The notes beneath the pieces were generated by a model that did no database searches, was not told where the DNA came from, and worked only from the letters and a program-made list of their open reading frames with translations. From Octopus vulgaris (lineage: Eukaryota), in assembly GCA_951406725.2 (NCBI GenBank), contig OX597823.1:44826001-44890000 (forward strand): 64,000 nt of DNA, in the 5' to 3' direction. Below, one piece after another: positions 28,577-41,830 of the stretch; within the stretch, counting starts at the first letter, position 1; every line of letters begins with the position of its first letter. Made by a program: the position numbers and the translations under genes.

Positions 28577-29619
28577 TATATGATGGGCATCTTTCAGTTT
28601 TCATTTACTTACTAAATCCACTAACAAAGATTTGTTTGGTCAGCTTGAGGCCATAGCAGAAGACACACACCCAAAGTATTATGCAGAGATACAATGGAAC
28701 TGAATTTGAAACCATGTTATAGCTGGGAAGCAAATTTCTTACCACACAGCCCAGCTTGCACCCTGTATCTGTCAAGCAATCTACCTATCTATGGAGAGTG
28801 AGAGATTTTTAAGATTAGTACCAAACTTTTACAAGTTTAGAATCAATAAGAACTCTTTAAAGCAATATACCCAAAGATAGCTGTAGTGAGTGTGTGAAAC
28901 AAAAAAGAGATTTGTTTATATACATGTATGCCATCATCATCATTTAATGGCCTCCTCCCAGGCTGGACGGTTTGATAGGAGCTGGCAAGTCAGAAGATTG
29001 CACTAAGCTCTACAATCTGTTTTCGCATGGTTTCTATGTCTGGATATCCTTCCTAATGCCATCCACTTCACAAAGTGTACTGGGTGTTTTTTATGTAGCA
29101 CCAGTAGCAGTGAGGTCACCAAGTAACTCGCAAGACAAGAACTCAACTGGGGAGGAGTAGTATTGAGGGAGTTGGCTTAGTGCCAGTTGATGAGAAATTA
29201 GGATATGAATAGAGGGTCAGAAATTGGTGTTTGGCAGTAGAAATATAGAAATACATGGCTACCTCAGTTGGGGAGAAAGAGAGATGGTGAAGATACACCT
29301 AAGTTACAAGGCATTATAAGGGGAACAGGGATTGGATTGGGTGGGTGAAATTGCAAAAGGGGTGGAAGATGGTAGAGAGGAGAGGTACATAGAGAGAGGG
29401 CCATTAGGAGGGTATGTTGGGGGGGGGGAAGAGATTTTATAGGGACATATTGTGTGCAGGTAGCTTCTCAAAGGCAAGTGGAAGATAGGGGGAGGAGTGA
29501 ACACAGGTATGGCGAATTCAGGTGTGTGTAGGGGGAGGAGAGAATATTGAGAATGTGAAACTTGGGGAAGAGTTATCTCAAGGACAGAATGTGTGAGGGC
29601 ATGGACATAAATGATATGC

Positions 29620-30445
29620 CTTTAAGGACTCGATTTTACTTAGCTGGACAGATCTTCTCAAGCACAGCAAACCGCTAATTGTCTTTGTCATCTCTTCTGT
29701 GAAGCTCAACAACTAAAGATTAATCATCTCTCAACACTTTGTCCCACATCTTCCTAGGTCTTCCACTTTTACAGGTCCCCCTCCGCATTTAGAGATCAAT
29801 ACTTCTCTATACAGCTGCCTTCATCTATACACATCATATGACCCAATTTTTCTCTCAAAACACTTTTGTCATACATGAACACTGACATTGCTCATCCAGC
29901 AGAGGATGGTGACTTCATTTCTTTCAAGCCTTCACAACCCATGTTTTATTGCTATGGTTGTTCATACACAGACATCATAAATCTGCCATTCACTCTGAGG
30001 GAAAGACCATTTGTTACCAACAAAGATAATAGCTCACTGAACAATGCCTAGCTGGTTCTTATTCTAGCAACCATGCTTTCAGAGCATTCTCTTCCACTGC
30101 TAATTTGGTTGACTAGATAACAAAAACTATATATACTAACTGTAAGGATGACCCTGGGCATTTTGAGAAAATCTATTTCTTAGGTGTTCTTAGTGTTTAT
30201 TATTCCTGCACATCTGCCACACAAAGGCTACTTTCTGTTAACCTTCCTGCGATTCCACTGCATCTCTCACGAGTCCATAGTTTGCACTAAGTACACTGCA
30301 TGGAATTTCTACTTACAACTTTACATATAGAGCAGAGCCATTTTACTGAAGTAGTTACCAATTTGTCTGTTTTTCTGCTTACTAGTACTTCGGTCTTTGC
30401 AAAATTAACTCTGAGGCCCTTTGATTCCAGTCCTCTTCCACACCT
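29620..30445 (-). mobile_element. Degenerate RTE LINE ORF2 fragment
   Basis: Minus-strand remnants LESKGLRVNFAKTEVLVS and GRPRKMWD. Confidence 0.75.
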
Positions 30446-32304
30446 GTAATTTCTTTATGCATTATTATGTATACATGTGACTCCCCCAACCCCCACCACC
30501 AAATCTATCAACCTCACTAAGTCCAACAATAGAGAGTGTAATTAGTAATAATTATGAGAACAAAACAGAACCTCATCAATAAGATAAAACTTAACATGGA
30601 ATCAGAGTTAATATTAATTTAGTTTAATGCTTTCTCAAGTGTCATTTCAGCAATCTGTGAAACATTATATAATTTATCAAAGACATATTTAGTGTCACAT
30701 TTATGAGGTGTGTGCGGTATGTTATGAAGTGTAATGTATGTGTAAGGTAGGTGGAAGTGTATTTAATAGGGAGGTGATAAATGAGTATGTGTTGGTGTAA
30801 AGTGGAATAGTGTGTGTGTATGTGTGTGTGTGTGTGTGTGTGAGTGGGTGTATACATGTGCAAAGTTTGCAAATATGCTTGTGTGCCAGTGTGTGTGTTT
30901 AGCTTCAATCTATAAATGTATATGTGTCTGTGTGGGTATGTTTTCCTGATATGCATCTTGACATTGTGTACGTTTAAGGTGAGAAGGCAATATCACCCTT
31001 CAGGCTCATCATCTAAAAGACCAGGGAAATGAAAGACCTTACCCAGAAGGGAGGGTTGGTGACAAAAATGGCACCCAAATCTTATCGAATCATGCCAGCA
31101 TGATAAAGTATTGGAGAATATAGTGGATTAAAATATCTACAACCTATGTTTATGCATGTTTGAGTGAAAAAGGAATTAAGTGTGTGAGCAAGGATGTGTG
31201 TGTGATAGTTGAGAATAAATGTGTGATGGTAGTTCTATGATGTTACAAGAGTGGTATAAGCAAGGTTCTATTGTGTATAGGAGGGTAGGTTGTGAAGTAC
31301 ATGTGAGCTGGGTAGAAAAGAGATGGGTGAAAAGTGCAAGTAATAAGAATGTGTTACCACTTATCACTTAGCATTGTTTTTGATGCTACCATGGGTAAGA
31401 TGATTTGACTAGAGCTGGTAAGCTGCACTGGACTCTATTCTGTTTTGCCAAGGTATCTATGGCTGGATGTCCTAATGCAAACTATTCCACAGAGTGTCCT
31501 GGATGTACTTTAAGAGTCACAGACACGAATGCACTTTACATGTCACCGGCATGGATGCGCTTTACACGTCACCGGCACGGATGCGCTTACATGTCACCAG
31601 CATTGGCACCTTTAACCACTGAATTTATTAATTCAGTTGATGTTTAATTTGAACTGTTTTATACAATTTAATATTATAACAGATGAGTTGGACACATATT
31701 CTAGAGAGATTAATTCTAATTTAATTAATGCTAAAATACATACACTATTCAGCCAAAGATGATGCTTTTAGCTAATATTGAAATGAAGAGGTTTCAAAAC
31801 CTTCACACATCCTGATAGTGGTTCTAAAGTTTTATAAAGTGAAAAAATGTTTGATTTAACACAACAATATAAAAATCCTAAATAGATAAAGATAGAAATA
31901 TCGTTGGTTTTTATCAAAAAGGACATTTGGAAATGTCTATAAAATTTATGTTATAACAGATGTTGCTTTGGAAAGTTTTCAGCAGCTCCAACAGTGAAAG
32001 TATTCAAGAAATTAAAATAAAAAGGAAAAGATTTGAGCCACAAATAGCTTATAACATGTATTAAGTCTTGTACTACAGAAACAAGTCAAACAAGTCCAGA
32101 TAAATACATTTCAGACGTAATGGGATTGATATTCATAAAAAGTTTCAGATTAGTGAGATTGTCATGTAACTTGCAAGATTATAAACTCCAAGGGAGCAAC
32201 TTTATGCAAGCTGAAGGTAAAAGTATGGAGAGAAGGGGCCAAAGCAGAACAGGCTCATTGCTTAGCAACAAGATAATTCAAAATATAATAGGGCTTATTT
32301 TTAG

Positions 32305-32460
32305 GCAGAGAGTTAGAGAGAGAGAGAGCAGGAGCGAGATGGAGAGAAAGAGCAAGAGCGAGACAGAGAGAGAGAGTGAGCGAGACGGAGAGAGATAGAG
32401 AGCAAGAGAGAAGTGGAGAGATGGAGAGGTGGACAGGCAGAGAGAGAGAGAGAGAGAGAA
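32305..32460. repeat. (GA)n-rich microsatellite region
   Basis: Purine dinucleotide repeats. Other microsatellites: (TA)n 1205-1238 and 33765-33808; (CA)n 16446-16482. Confidence 0.85.
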
Positions 32461-32470
32461 AGATAGTGAG

Positions 32471-32760
32471 TAGTTGAATAAAGTTAAAATATGGTCTGGT
32501 TTCTACGTTTTTATTATGGTATTTTAACATAGAAAATTATTTTTTAATGCTCACTAAGTTAAATTAGTACTTTCATACACAGTGTACTCATCAAATTTCA
32601 AATGTGTTTCACTGACAGCTAAACACATTTAAAAACTGATGAGTACACCGTGTGAAAGCGCTAATTCAAATTTTTGAGCATTACAAAATAATTTTTTTAA
32701 TGTTAAAATATTATAATAAAAAATGTGAAAACCAGATCACATTTTAACTTGATTCAACTG
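32471..32760. mobile_element. Fold-back MITE with Tc1-like (C)AGTTGAA ends
   Basis: Two ~140-bp arms are imperfect reverse complements centred near 32615. Confidence 0.75.
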
Positions 32761-33624
32761 ATATATTATTCTATAAACATTCACACAAATTTGAAAATAT
32801 GTATATATATATATATAATATACATGCACATTTCTAAAGGCTTTAGAGTTGTGTGAAATCCATATATTTACATAAATAACCCAAATGTATTGCAGCTCTG
32901 GCAAACACCACACCTTAACACCAAAAGCTTTCACTATCAGACATGAAGATTTGGTAAATGAATGAATTCAGTTGTCACTCAAGCAGCTGAATTTTAGCTC
33001 CTAAAACTCACATGGATTATCATGAATGAATACCTGTGTAGGTATGACTGAGTGGTGTAGAGACTCACTTAGTAACCACATGGTTCCAGGTTTAGTCCAA
33101 CTGTGCAGTACCATGAATTGATTCATTTACTAAACCTTCACATGTCTGATAGTAAAACCACACTAACATGAAACATCCTACAAACACTAGTTTAGGAGGG
33201 ACCTAGGGAAGGAATCTAATAAAAGATAAATTAACTGTAAAAATGACCAACTATTACAATTTTAATCATTTTAAACCAAAGATAAAAAAAAAAAAAAAAT
33301 CTAACATTTGTCTTCAGCAATCTCTAATGTAATCTATTCTCTCTCTTAACTGACATGACCGGGCAAAACGCTGGAAGGAAAAAGAAAAAGTGCTAAACTG
33401 TTGAATCACTTCTCAGTGCCTGCTTTAACATACAGAAACAAAACAGGAAGATCAGCCAGTCAGTTAGTCAGCCAGTCTTTTGATGACTAGATTAGCAAAA
33501 TATGTTTCAGGAAGTCAACCTGCACAGAACATGGTTCTTGCCTGATCAAAACTTGGCACTAATTGGTGTTATTCAATATCTTGTTCAACACACTGACATA
33601 CCTAAGCGTACTATTAATAATAAT

Positions 33625-33760
33625 AATTTCTAACATAGGAATGAAGATCTGAATTTTGGTGGCAGAGGCTAGTCAATTATATCAACCCCAATGCTTAAAT
33701 TATACTTCATTTCATTGACCCTCATGAGGTTGAAAGGCAAGGTGGACCACAGAAGGATTT

Positions 33761-33811
<51 letters not shown>

Positions 33812-34720
33812 ATCACACATTTTGCCCGACACTAAATGATTCTGCCAGTTCAGCACCCTAATAATAATAATGATAATAGTTTCAAATTTTGCCACAAAGG
33901 CAACCATTTTGGGAGAGGGGGTGAATTGATTACCCCAATGTTTCACTGATAATTTATTGACCCCGAAAGGATGTAAGGCAAAGTCAACCTCAGTGTAATT
34001 TGAACTCAGAAAATAGTGACGGGTGAAGTACCGTGAAGCATTTCATCCAGCATATTAACAATTCTGCCAGCTAACAGCCTTAAATAATGGTTTCGAATTT
34101 TGGTAAAAGGCCAGCAAGTTTGGAAGAAGAGGGAATGGGTCAATTACATCAACCCCAGGGCTCACATGGTACTTATTTTATTGACCCCCTAAAGCATGAA
34201 AGGTAAAGCTGACTTTGGCAGAATTTGAATGCAAAATGTAAAATGCCACTAAGCATTTTGCCTGGTGTGTTAATGATTCTTCCAGCTTGCCACCTTACTA
34301 CTACTAAAAATACTAATAATCTTCACTATAAGCACAAGGCCTAAAATTTGTGGGAAGGGGACTAGTTGATTACATTGACCCCAGTGTTTCACTGGTATGA
34401 CCCCCGAAAGGATGAAAGGCAAAGTTGACCTCGGCGGAATTTAACTCAGTTAGTGGTGTTTCATCAATTCCTATGTTCTAAGCATTTCACCTGGCGTGCT
34501 AATGATTCTGCCAGCTCACTTCCTTAATAATAATCATTTCTACTATAGGCACAAGTCCTGAATTTTGGGGGACGGGACTAGTCCATTACATCGAGCCCCA
34601 GTATTCAACTGGTGCTTATTTTATCAACCTCAACAGAATCTGAAAACAGTTGAAATGCAACTAAGTATTTTCCTTGGTGTGTTAATGATCTTGCCAGCTT
34701 GCTGCCTTAATAATAATAAT
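33625..34720 (-). mobile_element. Head-to-tail cluster of five Deu/Nin-type SINEs
   Basis: Five diverged units (GACCCC..AAGGATGAAAGGCAAAGT...TGCCAGCT) separated by (TAA)n. Confidence 0.75.
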
Positions 34721-37700
34721 AATTCCAGATGAACTGAACTATTGGTATATGATAAACACAACCTTCAAAGTTCTTTTTTTTAATTTATCCTTTTATTAAA
34801 TTATATTTCCTTTCACCAGCCTAACTGACTAATTTTCATACAAAATAGATGCAACACCCTGCCACACCAGCCACAATTTGCATAGGGAAGTAATTGTTGT
34901 CATAACATTCCAACAGGATGTAAATTTGAACTTTGCATACTGTATGATGCCCTTCCTACTTCTAACCATTCAACCATGAAATAGGAGTATTAACCAAGGC
35001 AAACTAGGTTATACACCTTGCCTGGAACCCTATAATAATTGGCACAATGCCATCAATTTCTGAGTAAATCAAACCGGTTTATGGATGAACACAGATGCAT
35101 TACTGAATACAAAAAAGTGTTTCATTTTCAAGATTCCATATAATAAAGGCTGTATGAAATGGAAAAGGCATAGTTAGGCAAACCTTATAGTACTCGAACT
35201 TGGGAGAGGCAAGGACACTAATTAAGCATTAAAAAGACATAGGTGTAGCAGTGTGATAAGGAGGTTGCTTCCTAGCCACCACATGGTTTTGGTTCAGTCG
35301 CAAACAGATCCCACATTTTCTGCCCATGAAGTCTGTAGGGTAACAGCAAAATTACTCTTTTCCCCAATGAGACTAAACTTGTACATTTATTATAGTAGGT
35401 CTGGTGTTTCGACCATTATATGCACTCACATACAGAACTCAACAGCAGCAAAGAGTGTAAATAAGAGGTAGATTCTTGATTGTAAACTTCTGGTGCTTAC
35501 TCACTCAAAGCAATCTAATACAATAGAGAACAAGTAGCTTTTAGATCAATACACAAATACACACACAATAGCTTTTAAACTCTTATTCACAAGATTGTAA
35601 TCACGATCAAATAATGGTTCTTTAGTCCAGTAGTAAACTTTTTTTTTTTTACCGCAGATATTAACATACCATTACGGTTACATAAACAGTGGTGTTCATT
35701 TAGAGCTGAGTTAATGCATAAGCAACTGGCTTGCCTACAACTCTCTTCTGTTGAACTTTGGTCACAAGTTTATTGCATTAACAACAGCAACACACACACA
35801 ACAAAAGTGAGTGAAAGAAAACAATAAAAAAATAACCAAAATGAAAACAAATTATATAATACTATGAAGAAAGCAATCTCTCGTGTTTAGCAGCGTAACC
35901 AACCAACAAAAAATGTCATTTTATGAATGGTATCGGGCTGGCCAACTAGCAACAATCTTACAAGTGAGCCAATGCAATCCTACTAGAAATAGTAGCCAAA
36001 TCTCACGTCACACTATACATTCTTAAAAAAAGTAAATAAATAAATAAAAAGGAATAGTGTTGTCCTTGGCATAGGGACAGTCACTGGGTGGAATGTTTTT
36101 GATTAAAAAATCTGCTTGATAGGAGCTAAACATCATGCTAGTTTACTAGACAAAAAAAACCCCAGCAAACAGAAGGAAAAAGGTAATTAAGTCTGGTCAG
36201 TATCTACAGAATCTGACCAAAAAAAAAAAAAAAAAAAGAGCTAAATGATTGCAAAGGAATGTAAGTGTGAAATGACATAACGAAAAGCGAACAATAAAAG
36301 CTCAAGGAAAGATAATCAAGAGAATCTTATAACCAATAACAATGACACCAAAAATCAATAATCTGAGACTGTTCAGGAGAGACAAAAGAAATCCAGGTTG
36401 TAAAGTGAAGTGTTACAGCAACCACTAGTTAGTTTCCTCAGACGGTTAATGAATCTCAAACAAAATTCACCATGTTTCCAAATACAAATGTTCTTGAAAG
36501 ACTCCGTCGCCATTAAGTTGTTATAAGCCAGTTATAAAAATATAAAAGTATTCATTACCAGAGAGCTAGTCATCAATTTAAGAACATCAAAGTTTTACTT
36601 AAAATAGATTATGTACTTAGCAAAAGTTAACTTCTGTTTACCATTTTTGACCACAAAGCTATACATGAGAAGTGTGTGTACATCCTTGCTTATAAATAAA
36701 TATATAATTAATGAATTGCAAATATGTGTTAGGTATTTTCTTAGCGAAATGCAAAATTGAATCTCTCACAAAAATAGAGTGCAGATGGTATCATGATATT
36801 TGTACATCGTAGGAAATACTGGGGCAATGAAATTTGTTGATAATATGTATATGAATAATCTTTTAAAGCCATATAATGTGCATTAACTTAGAAAGTCATG
36901 AATGTGTATAAGCTTATAAAGCTATGAATGAGATTAAGAAAACAGTAAATCACTGGATGAATAAAGATAATGTATGTACTCAGCTATTTAGGAGAACAAA
37001 TGCAAGCTAAATCTCAACCTAGTTATTCTTCTTATTTCCATTTATTATAATAAAAGTGCAGCTCTGTGTATATGTGAGAATTTCACATTTTTACTTCATT
37101 TTACATAAGCCCAAAATTATTTTTAAAACAAATTTTCAATATACTTTCTTATACAGTGCTGGTGCCATGAAAATAAACAGCCAGTCCATTCTGTAAAGTG
37201 GATGGCATTAGGAAGGATAGCCAATCATAGAAACCATACCAAAGCAAACGTTGGGGCTCAATGCTGTCCTCTGGCTTGTCAGATCCTGCTGAACTGTTCA
37301 ACCCATATCAGCATGGCAGACAGACGTTAAATGACAAGGAATAAATTCACAGAATTTGCTGTATGTAGTTTACCTCAAGTCTACAACAAGCCAGATTGTA
37401 GTGTACACAATCAATCAGCTATTAACAGCAGCCCAAACTCACTTAAACACTTTTAGAGTCCCATGTGAAAAATGCTTGATTGAAGCTACCTGATAATCCA
37501 GTCTGCACCACTATAATATTGCACCAAAGCTGATCCTTTACTTGTCAGAACCATATGCTAATAATTCTAAAACTGTGGATGAGAAACAAGGATTCAGCTT
37601 CACATTACCCACAAAGATCCAAGAATAAACCATGGCTCACCTTTAAACAGTATATATTTACTAAAATAGAATACACAGAGATCTGAAACCTAGTGGCCCA

Positions 37701-38989
37701 CTTTTGATACCTTTTTACATTTTAATATAAAATCTTACATCCTCTCTTGCCATTTTCATCATTGGCAATGCATATATATGCAAAATTAAACAAATCTTAA
37801 CACAAAAGACTATCTAAAATCCATCAACTGATAATGACCTACTTATATATTCAACTTGAGGGCACTTGCTTTGGATCCTGTTCTGCAGCCACAAGAAGTG
37901 AGCTGTGTAGTTCAGCATCCCTTGCCAAGAAACCTAACAAAGTACTTGCAGAAGATATCAAAATATAATTCCCATACATTTCAAATAACTTGTCCAGTTT
38001 CCTACTTTACCTCTCCATATATCTGTGAGTAGCTCATTAATAAATTATGCACAGGTCATAGATGAATATGTACATCAGATGTACTTTTTGAATTAAGTTT
38101 CTCCTGCCTCTATTTTCCACTCAAAATTACAAACACAAATATAACTAGAAACCATCATGTCCAATTCCTGTACTTGATGCACAGAGTAAGAAGTATAATA
38201 TATTAGGAAACTACGTAGAGGTTAACTGACTTTCTGGTATGCTGTAAGCGAAACAGAAGGTTGGTGCTTATAAATGCAACCTACTTCATTCCAACTGATG
38301 GTGACACTGTGTAATGAAACATTGTATTTATAAACATTACCGTTTCCATTTCACACACCAATTATTGTGCCAGAAAGTAGTTTCATGAAATGGGAAGTTT
38401 TACATATGCTACAAATCCTATGAATTTATTCTGTATAAGAATGTTCAGGATGTGTCAAAATTCATGCACAAAAGAAGTTCAAATGTTCCAAAATTGTCAA
38501 CAGGCTTCATTTTTTTCTAAAATTGAATAAAATAATGATGAATCCACAAGCACTTGAACTTGATGAATAAAAACAAACAAAAAAGGAATAACAACAGTAT
38601 AAAATGCCAACTGTTTTGGTGCGTCACTTTTGGCCCACACTGTATTTTAGCCCCATGGCCCTAAAGTCTCTTGGGGCTTACATAAAAGGTGAAGAAAAAA
38701 AGTAAAATACTCACATACCCACCCCCACACATTTATTGAAATAAACAGAAATACGAAAAGTGAAATCTGGGTTGGAAGAATTTAGCTTTTATTCTCTCAT
38801 GAATGTACTTAGCATATTACGTTAACTTTATGCTGGCAGTAATTCACTGATTTATTAGATAGATAGATATAGACAGACAAGACAGATAGATATCGGTCAA
38901 ACTAGGTAACTCAAATCTGATGTGTATTACTGCTACTAGCTGTAGTGCCCAAGACTATTATCGTAGAGACACAGTAAAGAGAAGGGAGG

Positions 38990-39178
38990 GGATTGCCCAG
39001 AAAGAAGCAAAAAGAAAACGGAAATCGTGGGAAAAGGCGTGGGAAAAAGTGGTGAGGTCTAATCTTATAATGTTGGATCTCAGAGAGATGACGCAGGAAT
39101 CCGGCATGTGACAAGATGCTGTGCTAGGACGGACCCACCCACTCCATGCTAGTTTGGAAAAGTACATAATGATGATGG
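38990..39178 (+). mobile_element. RTE LINE 3' end fragment
   Basis: KAWEKVVRSNLIMLDL remnant, then CCACTCCATGCTAG..GGAAAAG and ATGATGATG tail shared with RTE-type 3' ends in the window. Confidence 0.55.
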
Positions 39179-39529
39179 TTTAGTTGAAATAATGATGATG
39201 GTTTAGTTGTGTATATATAATATTTGCAACAGCAGCTGCCAACAAAAAGATTTCTAACAAATAGATTGCCACAAAAAGGAAGAGAACGTAGCCGATTAAA
39301 TCAACATCTATATCATAGCTTGCAACTGGTTTATCAACCCCCCAGATTATGGAACGACAGTCGATTTAGATGGGATTTGAACTCTGATAAAAAAAAACAA
39401 CAATCTAATACAGATATAGTATGTTATACGGTGCTTCGCCCAAACTGACACCCACAGCCCTAAAAATAGTGCAGTCCGATAGATAGAAGTTTCATAGAAA
39501 ATTACCAGAATTTGAAACAAAAGAGAGAG

Positions 39530-39563
<34 letters not shown>

Positions 39564-41830
39564 TGTGCACAGAAACATGAAATAAACAATTCACAAGAAG
39601 GATTATTTCGAGGAAAAGATTCAATTAGAAATAAAAGACGGGAAACTAGCAATACAAAAAGATGAATGAACATTCTTCTATTTAACATAAATGTGAAGTC
39701 GTCATGTGTCATTCGCAGCAGAGAGAGACAGAGGAAGCAACTCCAAACCAATAATCGTGCTGCAATGTTTGTCTTCCAGCTAACATGTTGACACAGTCTA
39801 GCAGACAGAATAATAAATAATTTTCAAGTCGGGGCCGACGACCGATATAGTAGAAGAGCTTGTCCTATTTATTTACGAGTTCGACTCTCGTCAAAGTCGA
39901 AAGTGTCGATGACAACAGTAGAGTATAGTAGTGAATATTTCGGAATCTAACCAGTAGTGGTTTGGATTTTTTGCCCCTCGGGGACTTGCACTGCAATTTA
40001 TTCAGTGAAACCTATTTTGCAGTCATCTGTCAATATAAGAAGAAATCACCGGCATCTTGTCATTATGCCAACTGTACATTCTGGTAGCAAGTGGAAATAT
40101 CTTCACATACATTATTCACATATCTAGGCTAGGAAACGTCAGTATTCCTTTTCACAAGAAATCTACCAATTATTTGTTTTCGAACACCACTAACTTTTAT
40201 GCCTTTATTATCGATTAATATATATATACATATTATACAGACAATAGGTGAGAGCTAAATATGCTCATTATAGAAAACACGTAGTAGTGCTTAAATGGAT
40301 TTAGAGCACCACTTAAACGCCGAATTCTTCATTTAGGACTAGGTCCACAGCGTCAAGAGTGGCGATAAGAGAATCCAAAGCGAACTGACCACTACCATAT
40401 ATATATATATACACATACACACATACACGAATGTATGTACGTAAACTCTTAATCCTATTTTTGGGTTTTGAACATTAGAGAATCAGAAATCTGTAAAAGC
40501 AATTTTGTTCTAGTCCAATTTTTTTTTTCCCAAAAACTTATTTTTTGTAAATGAGAAACTGATTTGCATATGCAATATTTCTTAGAATAAAAATGTACTT
40601 CGTGCGCATTCGTAGTGAATGTATTTTTACGTTTCAAAGAATTCATGATAAATTATAATTTTCATGTTGAAAATGTAATTCATTACAAATCCAAACAATT
40701 TGAGCACTTCAAATGCAAACTAATAATACACTTATTGGGATACACAATGGAATCATGTACAGGAAATAAATATTACCATTATCGAGTCAATGGGGGGGGG
40801 GGGGCTATCTAGGTGGTAGTTCCACTTGCTAGAAATAGCAGCCAAATCTCCCTTCACATCCTAATGTCTTTAAAAAAGAAAAGAAACACTGGATAACGTA
40901 ACCATGAAAATACGGAAAGGCAAGGTAGTCATGACTGGAATAATTGATAATAGGTCAGTTCGATTGGGGTTGATCGAGAACAAATCAACAAACACTCAAG
41001 AGATGGGACTACTTCACTAACGCCATAAGACCAACACAATAAACGCGGTGCAAAATTATGTGACTCGATCATCGAAACAAGATAAACTGGAGCAGGACGG
41101 TGATATTTTTTTTTAAAAAACAAAAACACGTCATTTTATCAGTGAAAAATGCACTTGTTGCCAAGAATTATCATACACCTAAGAAACGGGTAGGTGGGGT
41201 AACAGAGGGAAAGAGTACTTGTTGCCAAGAGTTACCATTCAACTTATTATCACACGCAACTTACGTCAATTGGTCTGAATCAATTTAAAATAAGTACCCA
41301 CCAATTACTAACATCAAAACTAACTACTACTTCCGTTAGAAATTAAATTAACGTCCCCCAGACAGATAGGTTACCAAAAATCCTTATTTCGTTTAATTAT
41401 TATAATGTATAAAATCACGGATCAGGTTGGTAGTGATGATGCTGCTGTTGTTGTCGCAGTACTGTGGACGATGATGATGGCGGGACAGATGCATGTATAA
41501 AGCGCCATCACAAACAGTGTTGGTGGTATTGCTATTGGTGATATCGATGTTAGTGTTTAGCCCGATATTAAATCTGACAAAGTAGATTCATGATTAAAGG
41601 CGTTTGTGATATGATCGTCCAGTTTCATTTTTCAGTAGAGTACCCTATTTACACACTTTTTTTTTTTCCAATAGGGTGTCATTTGAAGGAGATTTAGTTG
41701 CTATTTGCAGCAGGTCAAGCAACAAATAGTGAAAAAAAAAACAATAGAGAGGCTCCTCTCATTGATTATGATATTGATGTTGGAGACCCACCCCTTCCCA
41801 GAGAGATGAAACGTGAATAAAATGACTTAC

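Noticed and set aside
38440-38644. Tc1-like terminus (CAGTGTGGGCCAAAAGT on minus, TA flank)
   Set aside because: No partner TIR or clear transposase found, so no bounded element could be called.
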